Positions 10,066 to 20,340 of a DNA stretch of 64,000 nucleotides are shown here, one piece after another; the stretch's first letter is position 1; each line of letters begins with the position of its first letter. A program made the position numbers and the translations under genes. The notes below the pieces were generated by a model that had not been told where the DNA came from, did no database searches, and worked only from the letters and a program-made list of their open reading frames with translations. The DNA is taken from the NCBI GenBank assembly GCA_965207885.1, contig OZ242311.1:6144001-6208000 (forward strand), written 5' to 3'. Origin of the DNA: Candidatus Latescibacterota bacterium. GTDB taxonomy: Bacteria; Latescibacterota; UBA2968.

Positions 10066-11263
10066 CATAGTACACGACAAAAAATAAAAGACCTGTGAAA
10101 AAAGCTAAAAAGAGTTAGGTTTGAATGTCCCAAGACAAACCTTTCTCATCTTAACAAGGCACAGGTCTATGTCTCCTGAAACTATTGAACTTCAAACGAT
10201 TATGCAAGGATATTTTCACTGGCATAAAGCCCGAATAACGTTTACCGCTGCGTTCATATTGTCGCTGATAAAATTGCGTAGCGTCAATTTTATGAAACTG
10301 GCAAACGCACTCAATGGAACCGTCAAGCAGAAATCTAATTATCGTCGTATCCAACGCTTCTTTGCCCACTTTGCCTTACCCTATGCGTGTGTGAGACAAT
10401 TGATCTTGCACTTATTACCTATAAAGTCGGATTTTATAGTCTCAATAGATCGCACCAATTGGAAGTTGGGAAAATTCAATATCAACATCCTAACCGCAGG
10501 CATTATCTATGAAGGGGTCGCCTTTCCTATCTGTTGGCACTTGTTAAAAAAACGGGGCAATTCCAATAGTGATGAGCGTATCCATTTGATGCAAGAAATG
10601 CTCAACTGCATCTGCAAATCGCATATCCGCGTTGTCGTCGCAGACAGAGAATTTATTGGAAGAGAATGGTTTAGGTGGTTAGACACACAAAATATACCCT
10701 TTGTTATTCGCATCAAGGAAAACGCTCTTGTCTCATCAGGCGGTAGAGAGATCCCCATAAGAAAACGGTTTGAAAATCTTAATATCCATCAGCAGGTCAA
10801 CTTGTGCAAACGCCACCGCGTTTATGACCTGCCTGTATATCTGTCTGCACTAAGATTGAAGGACCAATACCTCATTCTTGCCAGCAACCAAAAAGGTCAA
10901 GCCGCATTGGATACCTATAAAAAACGATGGGGCATTGAAGTCCTTTTTGCCAATCTTAAAAGTCGAGGATTTAATCTGGAAGAGACCCATCTTATACATC
11001 AAGACCGCATTGAGAAACTCATCGCGCTTTTGGCCATTGCCTGCATCTGGGCGCATATCATCGGCGAATGGATAGCAAAAACAAATCCTTTGACGATCAA
11101 AAATCACGGGCGGATGGAGAAAAGTCTCTTCCGATATGGGTTGGACTATTTGCAGTATGTCCTGCTCAATATAAACCAACAAACCCAACAGTTCCTCATA
11201 TGCATTCGTTTACTGAGTAATCCGCCACTGTTTAAAACAATTTAAGTTTTGTCGTGTACCATG
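10066..11263 (+). mobile_element. IS4-family insertion sequence (IS10 group, ISAba1-like ends)
   Basis: 17-bp terminal IRs catagtacacgacaaaa and ttttgtcgtgtaccatg (1 mismatch); direct repeat ATTTTTTT at 10058-10065 and 11264-11271; lower GC than the flanks. Confidence 0.9.
10169..11245 (+). CDS. IS4-family DDE transposase
   Basis: SIDRTNW, VVADREFIG, YKKRWGIEVLFANLKSRGF (YREK) motifs; ATG at 10169. Confidence 0.92.
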   Translation: MSPETIELQTIMQGYFHWHKARITFTAAFILSLIKLRSVNFMKLANALNGTVKQKSNYRRIQRFFAHFALPYACVRQLILHLLPIKSDFIVSIDRTNWKLGKFNINILTAGIIYEGVAFPICWHLLKKRGNSNSDERIHLMQEMLNCICKSHIRVVVADREFIGREWFRWLDTQNIPFVIRIKENALVSSGGREIPIRKRFENLNIHQQVNLCKRHRVYDLPVYLSALRLKDQYLILASNQKGQAALDTYKKRWGIEVLFANLKSRGFNLEETHLIHQDRIEKLIALLAIACIWAHIIGEWIAKTNPLTIKNHGRMEKSLFRYGLDYLQYVLLNINQQTQQFLICIRLLSNPPLFKTI

Positions 11264-11399
11264 ATTTTTTTCTTTAAAACTGAAATTTTAAGACAGCACC
11301 TTATTTTCAACGTGGATTTCTGCTGTATTTCGAATATCTTAAACATGGCCGTTGACAACCGCGCTTCTTTATCAATACCATTAAATCAATGAGGTTTGC

Positions 11400-11807
11400 A
11401 TGACAATCCCAGAACGAATCGATGAATTTCTCAAAGGAAAAGCATTCGGCGTTGTCGGCGCATCGCGAGATCGGGCAAAATACGGCAACAAGATCCTGCG
11501 GTGTTATCTACAGAACGGATTGAACGCTTATCCCATCAACCCCAAAGAGGCAGAAATTGAAGGACAACCCTGTTTCCCCGATATAGATTCACTCCCTGAA
11601 CCCGTTCACGGCATCTCAATCATCACACCACCTCCCGTGACAGAAACCATAATCCCTCAAGCTCACGAAGCCGGCATTCAACACGTATGGATGCAACCCG
11701 GCGCCGAGAGCGCAAAGGCGATATCAACGGGAGAAGAACTGGGACTTTCGGTCATCGGCGACGGCTCGTGTCTGCTCGTCGTATTGGGTTATCGAGAAGA
11801 TGGATAA
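11400..11807 (+). CDS. CoA-binding protein (YccU-like)
   Basis: VVGASRDRAKYG, YPINP, VWMQPGAES motifs. Confidence 0.88.
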   Translation: MTIPERIDEFLKGKAFGVVGASRDRAKYGNKILRCYLQNGLNAYPINPKEAEIEGQPCFPDIDSLPEPVHGISIITPPPVTETIIPQAHEAGIQHVWMQPGAESAKAISTGEELGLSVIGDGSCLLVVLGYREDG

Positions 11808-11812
11808 AAAAG

Positions 11813-12952
11813 ATGAAACCTTGCGTACTCTTAATCTCTTGTTTGCTCGCTATTGGGCTTTGTCAAGCCAACGACAGTATTGAAACAGCCAAAGCGCAAA
11901 CCTATGAAGCCATTGACCTGCACCCATTGAGAGACGGGATGAGTCACTGGCGCAAGCGATATGGACGCGACCGCAATGACCCGATGTACAATCCCTCGCA
12001 AATTGTCCATATTGCCGAAAACATGCTCGCTTACCAGAACGCAGATGGTGGCTGGCCCAACAATGTAGATTGGCAGGCGCAGATTGACCCCGACACAGTC
12101 AGAGCGATCAAAGGCGAACGGAGGATGGTCAGCACATTTGACAATCACAACACGTTTTCACAGATCGATTATCTGGCAAAGGTGTACATCGCGACTAACC
12201 TGGCGCGGTATCGAAATGCAGTCGAACGGGGTCTGGACTATATATTCCGCGAGCAACAACCCACAGGTGGATGGCGCGGTTGGGATGTAGATGCCATTAC
12301 TTATAATGACGGCGTAATGATTGGCATAATGACCCTGTTGAAAGATATCGCAGACCGCAAGCCTCAATTTGCATGGACAAGCCATGAACTACACGCCAAA
12401 GCCAAAGCCGCACTGCACCGGGCGATTGCTGTAACCCTGAAATGCCAGATCGTCGTCAAAGGCAAAAAAACGGGATGGAGTCAGCAACACGACCATATAA
12501 CTTATAAACCCGTAAAAGCGCGCACTTATGAACTGCCGTCCATTACAGCGGGACAAACGGCGAAGATCGTGCATTTTTTAATGGCTATTGAAAATCCGCG
12601 CGCCGAAATAATAGATGCAATCGAAACTGCGGTACAATGGTTTCAAGAGGCAAAAATAGAAGGCATTCGACTAAAACGCATCGAAATAGACCCCACGCGC
12701 TTTAGAAATCACACAGCGACCACAGACCTGATCGTCGTCAAAGACCCGGACGCCCCGCCTTTGTGGGCGCGCTTTCACGAAATAGGTACAAACCGCCCCT
12801 TTATGGCCAACCGGGACGGCAACAAAGTCTATTCTCTATCACAGGTCGCCCTGGAAAGACGAACCGGATATGCGTGGTATGGCTACTGGCCCGCGCGAAT
12901 TCTGGAAAAAGATTATCCCATGTGGAAAAACAAAAACAGGAGACAGGAATGA
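11813..12952 (+). CDS. Pectate lyase, polysaccharide lyase family 10
   Basis: Signal peptide from ATG 11813; YQNADGGWP, STFDN, ITYNDG, QQHD, ARTYELPS, WARF, ERRTGYAWY motifs. Confidence 0.9.
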   Translation: MKPCVLLISCLLAIGLCQANDSIETAKAQTYEAIDLHPLRDGMSHWRKRYGRDRNDPMYNPSQIVHIAENMLAYQNADGGWPNNVDWQAQIDPDTVRAIKGERRMVSTFDNHNTFSQIDYLAKVYIATNLARYRNAVERGLDYIFREQQPTGGWRGWDVDAITYNDGVMIGIMTLLKDIADRKPQFAWTSHELHAKAKAALHRAIAVTLKCQIVVKGKKTGWSQQHDHITYKPVKARTYELPSITAGQTAKIVHFLMAIENPRAEIIDAIETAVQWFQEAKIEGIRLKRIEIDPTRFRNHTATTDLIVVKDPDAPPLWARFHEIGTNRPFMANRDGNKVYSLSQVALERRTGYAWYGYWPARILEKDYPMWKNKNRRQE

Positions 12953-13884
12953 TATATCGAACATTTGGCAAAACGGGATGGCGCGTTTCCGTCGTAGGAT
13001 TGGGAACGTGGAACCTGGGCAACCAGTGGGGCGAGTTGAGCGACCAGGAGGCAACCGATATTATATTAGCCGCGATTGACAATGGCATGAACCTGCTGGA
13101 CGCCGCCGAATCCTATGGCATCCCCAACGGCATGAGCGAATTGCGCATTGGCAAAACCCTGACCCCATCCATGCGCGACAAGTTGATTATCGTGAGCAAA
13201 ATCGGCAACTGGGGAAGTCGCACCGGGGCACCTGTGCCAAAAACAGGCGTTGATGCCATTCGCCTGTGCGGACACGCCTGCCTGGGCCGCATGCAAACCG
13301 ACCGAATTGACGTCATGTTATGCCATGAAGGTAGCATTGAAGACCCAACCGTGTACATCGAAGGTTTTGATACCCTGTGCGAAGAGGGCTTTGTCCGCAC
13401 CTATGGCATCTCGACCAACAGCCTCAGTGTCCTGAAAAACTTCTACGAAATATCGAACGGCGTCTGCGCCGTAGTAGAAGTGGATTACTCCCTGATCAAT
13501 CGCGAACCAGAAGCGGGATTTCTCGATTACTGCACAGAAAAAAATTTAGGCATCCTCGTGCGAGGCCCATTGGCCAAAGGCGTCTTATCCGGCAAATACA
13601 ACCGCGAAAGCGTATTTGGCGACACCGTGCGCGACGACTGGAACCCGGGACAATCCGATCGCGAAGAATACGAAGACATGCTGGACAAGCTGGAAGCGAT
13701 CAGACAAACCATTGGAGACGATTCTAAACTCGTGGAGACCGCTCTCCGATATGTCATCTCGCACAAATCCAATCCCGTCGTCATCCCCGGCGCAACAAAA
13801 GTCGAACAAGTCATAGACAATGCGCGAGCAGGTGCCGCCTTACTGGATGAAGATCTGTATCGGAAATTGGGAGGAAACATCTAA
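12949..13884 (+). CDS. Aldo/keto reductase
   Basis: YRTFGKTGWRVSVVGLGTW, D-AESYG, RGPLAKGVLSGKY, VIPGA motifs; ATGA overlap with upstream gene. Confidence 0.9.
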   Translation: MIYRTFGKTGWRVSVVGLGTWNLGNQWGELSDQEATDIILAAIDNGMNLLDAAESYGIPNGMSELRIGKTLTPSMRDKLIIVSKIGNWGSRTGAPVPKTGVDAIRLCGHACLGRMQTDRIDVMLCHEGSIEDPTVYIEGFDTLCEEGFVRTYGISTNSLSVLKNFYEISNGVCAVVEVDYSLINREPEAGFLDYCTEKNLGILVRGPLAKGVLSGKYNRESVFGDTVRDDWNPGQSDREEYEDMLDKLEAIRQTIGDDSKLVETALRYVISHKSNPVVIPGATKVEQVIDNARAGAALLDEDLYRKLGGNI

Positions 13885-14873
13885 TGCAAACACGGGTTCC
13901 TTTTGAAAAATTAAAAGACGCATTTGTCGCGGCGCTCCTGAAGGCAGAATTATCACAGGACCGCGCGGAATTGTGCGGGCGATTATTCGCAGAGAATCAG
14001 CGAGACGGCGTCTATTCTCACGGCCTGAACCGATTTCCCGGACTACTGGCCAAACTGCGCGAAGGGCGATTAGACGGCACAGCCGAACCCGAATGCGTAA
14101 AAGCGCTCGGCGTCTTAGAACAATGGGATGGCAAAATGGGGATCGGACTAATCAATGCCCATCTCGCAATGGGACGCGCAATAGAACTCGCAAAAGCAAA
14201 CGGCATGGGATGTATAGGCTTACGCAACACAAACCACTGGATGCGTGCTGGAGCTTATGGCCTGCAAGCCGCCGACGCGGGATGCATCGGCATGTGCTGG
14301 ACCAACACAACCCCACTCATGCCGCCCTGGGGCGCAACGGAAAAACGCATTGGAAACAACCCCATGACAATGGCCATTCCGAGAAAAGAGGGACACATCC
14401 TCCTGGACATGGCGATGAGCCAGTATTCCAACGGCAAACTGGAAGTCTTGCAAGCGCGAGGAGAGACCCTGCCTATCGCCGGAGGATTTGATACAGAGGG
14501 CAATCTGACATGCGACCCCGGTGCCATACTCGATTCAAAACGCGCACTCCCAATCGGCTACTGGAAAGGATCGGCACTCGCGATCGTACTCGACACCCTC
14601 GCCGCGCTATTATCAGCCGGTCAAACAACGCACGACATCGGCGCGCAGGGCGATGAACACGCCGTATCCCAAACCTATATTGCAATTGACGTCACATCAT
14701 TAAACGGACGTGAACTATGTGAACGCATTGTAAACGGCATCATTGACGACCTGCATGAAGTTCACGAATCCGCGCGCTATCCCGGCGAAGGCATGTTGCG
14801 AACGCGACGCGAGAGTCTGGAGAAAGGGGTAGTGGTAGAGGAGGATCAGTGGGAAGAACTGTTGAAGATATAA
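13884..14873 (+). CDS. dlgD: 3-dehydro-L-gulonate 2-dehydrogenase (2,3-diketo-L-gulonate reductase, Ldh_2 family)
   Basis: DGVYSHGLNRFP, LRNTNHWMR, LDMAMSQYS, LPIGYWKGS match YiaK/DlgD. Confidence 0.88.
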   Translation: MQTRVPFEKLKDAFVAALLKAELSQDRAELCGRLFAENQRDGVYSHGLNRFPGLLAKLREGRLDGTAEPECVKALGVLEQWDGKMGIGLINAHLAMGRAIELAKANGMGCIGLRNTNHWMRAGAYGLQAADAGCIGMCWTNTTPLMPPWGATEKRIGNNPMTMAIPRKEGHILLDMAMSQYSNGKLEVLQARGETLPIAGGFDTEGNLTCDPGAILDSKRALPIGYWKGSALAIVLDTLAALLSAGQTTHDIGAQGDEHAVSQTYIAIDVTSLNGRELCERIVNGIIDDLHEVHESARYPGEGMLRTRRESLEKGVVVEEDQWEELLKI

Positions 14874-14894
14874 CCATTTTTCAGGAGCGTTTTT

Positions 14895-15743
14895 ATGTCT
14901 AACCCATTATTACCCACGACCAATGCCGACGGCTTGCCCGTCGCGCCCATGAGTGAAGAGCAGAAATACACATTTGACCTCAAGGGATGGATCTGCTTAC
15001 CCGGCTTGCTCAGTGAAGAAGAACTCATCCCCATACGCGAACACCAGATGAAACTTCTGAACGAAAGCGAATCACTGCCCCCTGATGAACGCGACAATCA
15101 CGGCGGCGCATCGCAAATACTACTCGACCACCCGGCTGTGGTCGGTGTATTAAACGAAATCATCTCACATCAGGCACTGGCAACCGAAGACTGCTACGGA
15201 TTTCGGTTTGACCATACGTACACCAGCCATCGACGAGCCGGTCACGACAACTTCCGACCCCATGGCGGAGGTGGGTACTTCAACTTCTGCGGCAACTCAC
15301 ACATCTATCAAATGCAACCCGGGAAAATTCACGCGGGATTGATCCGCGTTGTCTGGGAATTAAATGAAGTGCGAAAAGGCGACGGCACCATGTTCTTATC
15401 GGGCAGTCACAAAGCCGCATTCCCGCGCCCCGAAACCCTGAGTGGACGCGAAAGCGACCTGTGGGACACGTATTCATGCGTTGCGGGATCCGCAGTAATC
15501 TTCACCGAAGCCCTGTGCCATACAGGCACAACATGGGGCAACGAAGAATGGGACCGATTGAGCCTATTCACCTGTTACAACACCGTAAATGCAAAATGGG
15601 GCAAAAAATGCCCACCGCCTGAAGTCATTGCCGCCATGCCCCCAAAGCGACAAACCCTGTTCCGCGGCGTCTGGCACGGCATGCGCGAAATACCGAATGT
15701 GAATAAATACTACGACGAAGCTAATATCGGGCGCTACGTATAA
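14895..15743 (+). CDS. Phytanoyl-CoA dioxygenase (PhyH)-like Fe/2OG oxygenase
   Basis: MSEEQKYTFDLKGW start, GSHK, GSAVIFTEALCH motifs. Confidence 0.7.
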   Translation: MSNPLLPTTNADGLPVAPMSEEQKYTFDLKGWICLPGLLSEEELIPIREHQMKLLNESESLPPDERDNHGGASQILLDHPAVVGVLNEIISHQALATEDCYGFRFDHTYTSHRRAGHDNFRPHGGGGYFNFCGNSHIYQMQPGKIHAGLIRVVWELNEVRKGDGTMFLSGSHKAAFPRPETLSGRESDLWDTYSCVAGSAVIFTEALCHTGTTWGNEEWDRLSLFTCYNTVNAKWGKKCPPPEVIAAMPPKRQTLFRGVWHGMREIPNVNKYYDEANIGRYV

Positions 15744-15761
15744 TAAAAACAGGAGTAACCC

Positions 15762-16406
15762 ATGAACGTATTGATCACCTCGGGCAAAACAGCACTATCC
15801 CGGGCACTATCAGCGGATCTGTCGAAAGAACACAACGTCGTACTGACAGATCTCGTAGAAGTAGAAACAGATTGCGACTTTGTTAAATGCGAACTGGGGC
15901 ACGAAGGAGAAACAGAAACCCTCGTACAGGGAATGGACGCCATAGTACACCTCGCGAAACTGCCCGAAGAACTGAAAAGCGATGAACGGGAAATAGACTT
16001 TCAAACCCGATGTACTTATAACATCATGCACGCAGCACGGGAGAAAAACGTCCCCCACGTCATCTATATCAGTTCCCTCAGCCTATTCGCGTCATGCGAC
16101 CCCAACTGGAACGTCACAGAAGTCTGGGCACCGAGACCCACAACAGAATCGGGTCCCATGGCGCGGTACCTGGGTGAATTTACCTGCCGGGAATTTGCGC
16201 GCGAGCACTCCGTCCGCGTAACCTGCCTGCGATTCGGAGACATAGACGGCGATGGCGACACAGCATTGACAACAGAAGACGCGGTAAAAGCCATCGGCAA
16301 GGCACTGGTAAAAAACGGACCCATGTGGCAGGTCTTGCACGTACAATCAGACGTTGCAAATGCCCAGTTCCCCACAAACCAGGCAAAGCAAGCACTGGGA
16401 CTTTAA
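15762..16406 (+). CDS. NAD-dependent epimerase/dehydratase family protein with degenerate motifs
   Basis: Rossmann-like start; DAIVHLA; TYNIMHAA; paralogous to the next gene. Confidence 0.7.
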   Translation: MNVLITSGKTALSRALSADLSKEHNVVLTDLVEVETDCDFVKCELGHEGETETLVQGMDAIVHLAKLPEELKSDEREIDFQTRCTYNIMHAAREKNVPHVIYISSLSLFASCDPNWNVTEVWAPRPTTESGPMARYLGEFTCREFAREHSVRVTCLRFGDIDGDGDTALTTEDAVKAIGKALVKNGPMWQVLHVQSDVANAQFPTNQAKQALGL

Positions 16407-16419
16407 CAATGAGGTAAAC

Positions 16420-17151
16420 ATGAAAGTTGTAATCTACGGAAGCAATGGCCAATTGGGACCGCATGTGGTCAAAGCACTGGAAGGACATGTAGAACTGCGC
16501 TTAACCGACCTGGAGCCTTATGACACCCCACACGAAATGATGATCGTCGATGTATCGGACCCCGATGCGGTCGCGCGCGCGGCAGAGGGAATGGACGCAA
16601 TCATCAACCTATCCGTCTTGCGCCCCCACCGACAGATCGCCTTTGATGTCAACACCCTGGGATGCTACAACATCATGCGCGCAGCAGTTGAACAGGGGAT
16701 CCCGCGGGTCATCAACACAGGACCCCACTTCACCGTACAAGGCGCACCCTACGAGGCACTGGATTACAACATCGGTCCCGATGTCCCCCCCAAACCCAGC
16801 ACAAACCTATACGCCCTATCCAAGGGCCTGGGCCAAGAAATCTGCCGAATCTTCACCACACAGAGCGACGTCTATGTACTGTGTTACTTATTCTACATCT
16901 TCTGCTATCACGACGACCTGTCAAGACCCGGTCTGAACCGCCCGTTCCTCGTAACCTGGCGAGATGCATCAGCCGCGTTCTTACCGGGCCTGACCATCGA
17001 CCTCAAAACCCTCCCATCGCAATGCGAAGTCTTCAACATCTTTGCAAATCGACCGCACCAGAAATTCTCAAACGAAAAAGCAAAACGCATATTGGGATGG
17101 CAGCCGAAGGATGATCTGTCCCATACTTATACAAAGGAAAACACAAAATGA
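16420..17151 (+). CDS. NAD-dependent epimerase/dehydrogenase (uronate dehydrogenase-like SDR)
   Basis: YGSNGQLG glycine motif, YALSK catalytic YxxxK; RBS gagg before ATG 16420. Confidence 0.8.
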   Translation: MKVVIYGSNGQLGPHVVKALEGHVELRLTDLEPYDTPHEMMIVDVSDPDAVARAAEGMDAIINLSVLRPHRQIAFDVNTLGCYNIMRAAVEQGIPRVINTGPHFTVQGAPYEALDYNIGPDVPPKPSTNLYALSKGLGQEICRIFTTQSDVYVLCYLFYIFCYHDDLSRPGLNRPFLVTWRDASAAFLPGLTIDLKTLPSQCEVFNIFANRPHQKFSNEKAKRILGWQPKDDLSHTYTKENTK

Positions 17152-18377
17152 AAATCCGACCCGACCTCGTTCCTGAGACCGAGCGGAACAACCTCGAAGT
17201 CATCCAGCTCACGGATGAAACGGTCCCCTCATCCCACATCTACATGGAAGCGCAGATCTTCACGCCCGACTCCCAGCGGCTAATCATTCACCGGTCTGCA
17301 CATCCCCATGGCTCTGACCCAAAGGATCCCGAGCACCAGTTCCTCATCTGCGACCTCGAAGACCATTGCAGCTTAACGCCCATCACCACCGAACTCGGAA
17401 CCACGGGACCATCCATCTCGCCCGATGGCGAATGGCTATACTACTTCGTCAACGAAACAGAACCCGGAGGCGGACGCCTGACGCTCAAACGCGTCAAGAT
17501 GGACGGAACAGAACGCGACACCATCTATGTCCTGGACCACGCCATACCCGACACCGACTTCAGATTGAGCCGACCGTATCCCCTCTCGACCATCTCATCC
17601 GACGGCAAGCGCATCGCAATCTCGGGATTCCTCGGCGACGGCAAAACCGCAGGCGCACCCTGGGGTCTCCTCGTCTTTGAAATTGAAAAGCCATCTGTAC
17701 GCCTGATCTTTCACGGACCCTCCTGGTGCAATATCCACCCACAATACACGCGCCAAACAGACCCTGAAGCCTCCCACGACATCATGATCCAGGAAAACCA
17801 CGGCAACACCGCATCGCCCGACGGCAGCGTAGAAACGCTCGTCAGTGGACAGGGCGCAGACATCCACCTGATCCGGGACGACGGATCCGCACTGCGCGAC
17901 TTCCCCTGGGGACGGGACGGAAACGAATTCTGCCAGGGGCATCAATGCTGGCAGGGACAAAGCGACATCGCCATCACCAGCACGAGCACACGCGAACCCG
18001 CTGAAAGACAACTCATCTCCGGACGCGCCGCGCCTCACATCGGCGACGAAGGCATCAACACCCCGGGTGGTTGGCGAAACGACCTCTCCCGATCCTTCGA
18101 CACGCCCGACTTCTGCCACTTCGCAACAGACATCGACGGAACGCGGTTAATCACAGACGCAGGTCCAATAGACGCGGGCGGATCAGTCTGGCTATTCGAC
18201 CTCCCCGAAGAAGAGGAAGGCGCCCTCGCAAACGCGCGGAAAGTCGCGGACCCCGGATCGTCCTGGCAAAAAAACACACACATCCACCCCTTCCTCTCCC
18301 CGGATGGACAGTCGGGCTTCTTCAACTCCGATGAAAGCGGCATATTACAGGCGTATATGGTACGCGGTTGGTCTTAA
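17148..18377 (+). CDS. Oligogalacturonate lyase-like beta-propeller (PL22-like; called ogl below)
   Basis: SHIYMEAQIFTPD; HIHPFLSPDG...FNSDESG C-terminal motif; TolB-like repeats. Confidence 0.7.
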   Translation: MKIRPDLVPETERNNLEVIQLTDETVPSSHIYMEAQIFTPDSQRLIIHRSAHPHGSDPKDPEHQFLICDLEDHCSLTPITTELGTTGPSISPDGEWLYYFVNETEPGGGRLTLKRVKMDGTERDTIYVLDHAIPDTDFRLSRPYPLSTISSDGKRIAISGFLGDGKTAGAPWGLLVFEIEKPSVRLIFHGPSWCNIHPQYTRQTDPEASHDIMIQENHGNTASPDGSVETLVSGQGADIHLIRDDGSALRDFPWGRDGNEFCQGHQCWQGQSDIAITSTSTREPAERQLISGRAAPHIGDEGINTPGGWRNDLSRSFDTPDFCHFATDIDGTRLITDAGPIDAGGSVWLFDLPEEEEGALANARKVADPGSSWQKNTHIHPFLSPDGQSGFFNSDESGILQAYMVRGWS

Positions 18378-18401
18378 GCAAAACTAAAAGGAGATACCAA
18401 A

Positions 18402-20333
18402 TTGATTCCCCGACAAGTGCTGTTTGGCAACCCAGAAAAATCCATGGCCCGAATCAGTCCCGACGGCGAGTACCTGAGCTACCTCGCGCCAGTGGCGGGC
18501 GTTTTGAACGTCTGGATCGCCGCAATAGAAGATCCCGACTCAGCCAGGCCGATCACCAAAGACAAGGAACGCGGCATCCGCTACTACGACTGGACCTATG
18601 ATGGGCAGCACATTCTGTACTACCAGGATGCCAAAGGCGACGAAGACTGGCACGTGTACGCGACGAATATCACCACAGGCGAGACCCGAGACCTGACGCC
18701 CTTTGAAAAAGTCAACGCGCAGATTCTCTCAGTCAATGAAAAGACGCCCAACGAAATCCTGATCGGCATCAACAACCGCAATCCGCAGTTGCACGACGTC
18801 TATCGAATCGCGCTTTCCACCGGCGAGCGGACCTTGATCGAAGAGAATCCGGGCTTTGTCTCTTACCTGTTCGACAACGACGACCGCACGCGTTTTGCCA
18901 TGACATTTTCGCCGACCGGGGGACAGGAGATCCTCCAACGGGACGAGAACAACCAGTGGCAACCCTTCATAGAGATTCCCAACACCGACGCCCTGACGAC
19001 CTATCTGACCGGCTTCGACAAATCAAACCAGATCCTCTATATGATCGACAGCCGCAAGCGAAACACGGCCGCCTTATTCACCCTCGACCTGGCGTCCAGC
19101 AAACGAGAACTGGTAGCCGAGAACGATCGCGCGGATGTGGGCGGGATGTTGGTTCATCCAACAGAGAAACACGTACAAGCCGTATCGTTCATTTACGACC
19201 GCAACCGCTGGCATGTGCTGGACCCAGCGATTCAAGAGGACATGGATTACTTGCACTCGGTGGAAGACGGCGAATTGTCCATCACCAGCCGCACGCTCGA
19301 CGACCGCTTGTGGACAGCGGCCTACGTCCTGGACAACGGGCCGGTCAAATACTACCTGTACGACCGCACCAGAAAGCAGGCGAATTACCTGTTCAGCAAC
19401 CGCACGGACCTGGACGAGTACCAACTGGCCAGGATGCATTCGCTGACCATCAAATCCCGCGACGGGTGGAATCTGATCAGCTATCTGACGCTCCCCCCCA
19501 ACAGCGCCCCCGACGGCGACGCTCGGCCGAGCAATCCTGTACCGCTGGTTTTACTGGTGCACGGGGGTCCCTGGGGACGCGACATCTGGGGCTACAATTC
19601 GGAGCATCAATGGCTGGCGAACCGCGGTTACGCCGTACTGAGCGTCAACTTCCGCGGCTCGACCGGCTTCGGCAAAGAGTTCACCAACGCCGGCAATGGC
19701 GAGTGGGCTGGCAAAATGCACGACGACCTGATTGACGCTGTCAACTGGGCAGTCCGTGAAAAGATCACGCAGCGCGACCAGGTGGCGATAATGGGCGGCA
19801 GCTACGGCGGATACGCGACCCTGGTCGGATTGACCTTCACCCCCGAGACATTCGTCTGCGGCGTCGATATTGTCGGCCCGAGCAACCTCGTCACGTTGCT
19901 ACAAAACGTGCCGCCTTATTGGGTCCCGATCCTCCCAATGATGAAAGACCGCGTAGGTGACTGGACGACACAGGAGGGCCAGAAATCCTTGCTCGCCAAA
20001 TCGCCGCTTGCGCGCGTAGATCAGATCCAGCGGTCTCTGCTGATCGGCCAGGGAGCCAACGACCCGCGCGTCAAACAAGTCGAATCCGATCAAATCGTAG
20101 AGGCGATGAAACAAAAAAACATCCCCGTGACCTACGTGCTTTATCCAGACGAAGGGCACGGATTCGCACGACCGGAAAACCGCTTATCGTTTTACGCCGT
20201 CGCTGAGGCGTTCTTATCCGAGCACCTGGGCGGACAGTTTGAACCGGTCGGAAAGGACTTTCAAGGAGCGAAAATTCAGGTGACAGAAGGAGCGGACCAG
20301 GTCCCCGGGCTCCAGACGGCCCTGGGTCAATGA
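18402..20333 (+). CDS. S9 family prolyl oligopeptidase/acylaminoacyl peptidase
   Basis: VHGGPW, GGSYGGY nucleophile elbow, GANDPRV, DEGHGF. Confidence 0.93.
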   Translation: MIPRQVLFGNPEKSMARISPDGEYLSYLAPVAGVLNVWIAAIEDPDSARPITKDKERGIRYYDWTYDGQHILYYQDAKGDEDWHVYATNITTGETRDLTPFEKVNAQILSVNEKTPNEILIGINNRNPQLHDVYRIALSTGERTLIEENPGFVSYLFDNDDRTRFAMTFSPTGGQEILQRDENNQWQPFIEIPNTDALTTYLTGFDKSNQILYMIDSRKRNTAALFTLDLASSKRELVAENDRADVGGMLVHPTEKHVQAVSFIYDRNRWHVLDPAIQEDMDYLHSVEDGELSITSRTLDDRLWTAAYVLDNGPVKYYLYDRTRKQANYLFSNRTDLDEYQLARMHSLTIKSRDGWNLISYLTLPPNSAPDGDARPSNPVPLVLLVHGGPWGRDIWGYNSEHQWLANRGYAVLSVNFRGSTGFGKEFTNAGNGEWAGKMHDDLIDAVNWAVREKITQRDQVAIMGGSYGGYATLVGLTFTPETFVCGVDIVGPSNLVTLLQNVPPYWVPILPMMKDRVGDWTTQEGQKSLLAKSPLARVDQIQRSLLIGQGANDPRVKQVESDQIVEAMKQKNIPVTYVLYPDEGHGFARPENRLSFYAVAEAFLSEHLGGQFEPVGKDFQGAKIQVTEGADQVPGLQTALGQ

Positions 20334-20340
20334 GAACCAC

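Noticed and set aside
11687-11812. N-terminal extensions in the ORF track (also 12763, 16354, 27599, 39448, 50377, 55311)
   Set aside because: They overlap neighbouring genes or leaders; downstream ATGs with RBS, coupling or family-typical N-termini fit better.
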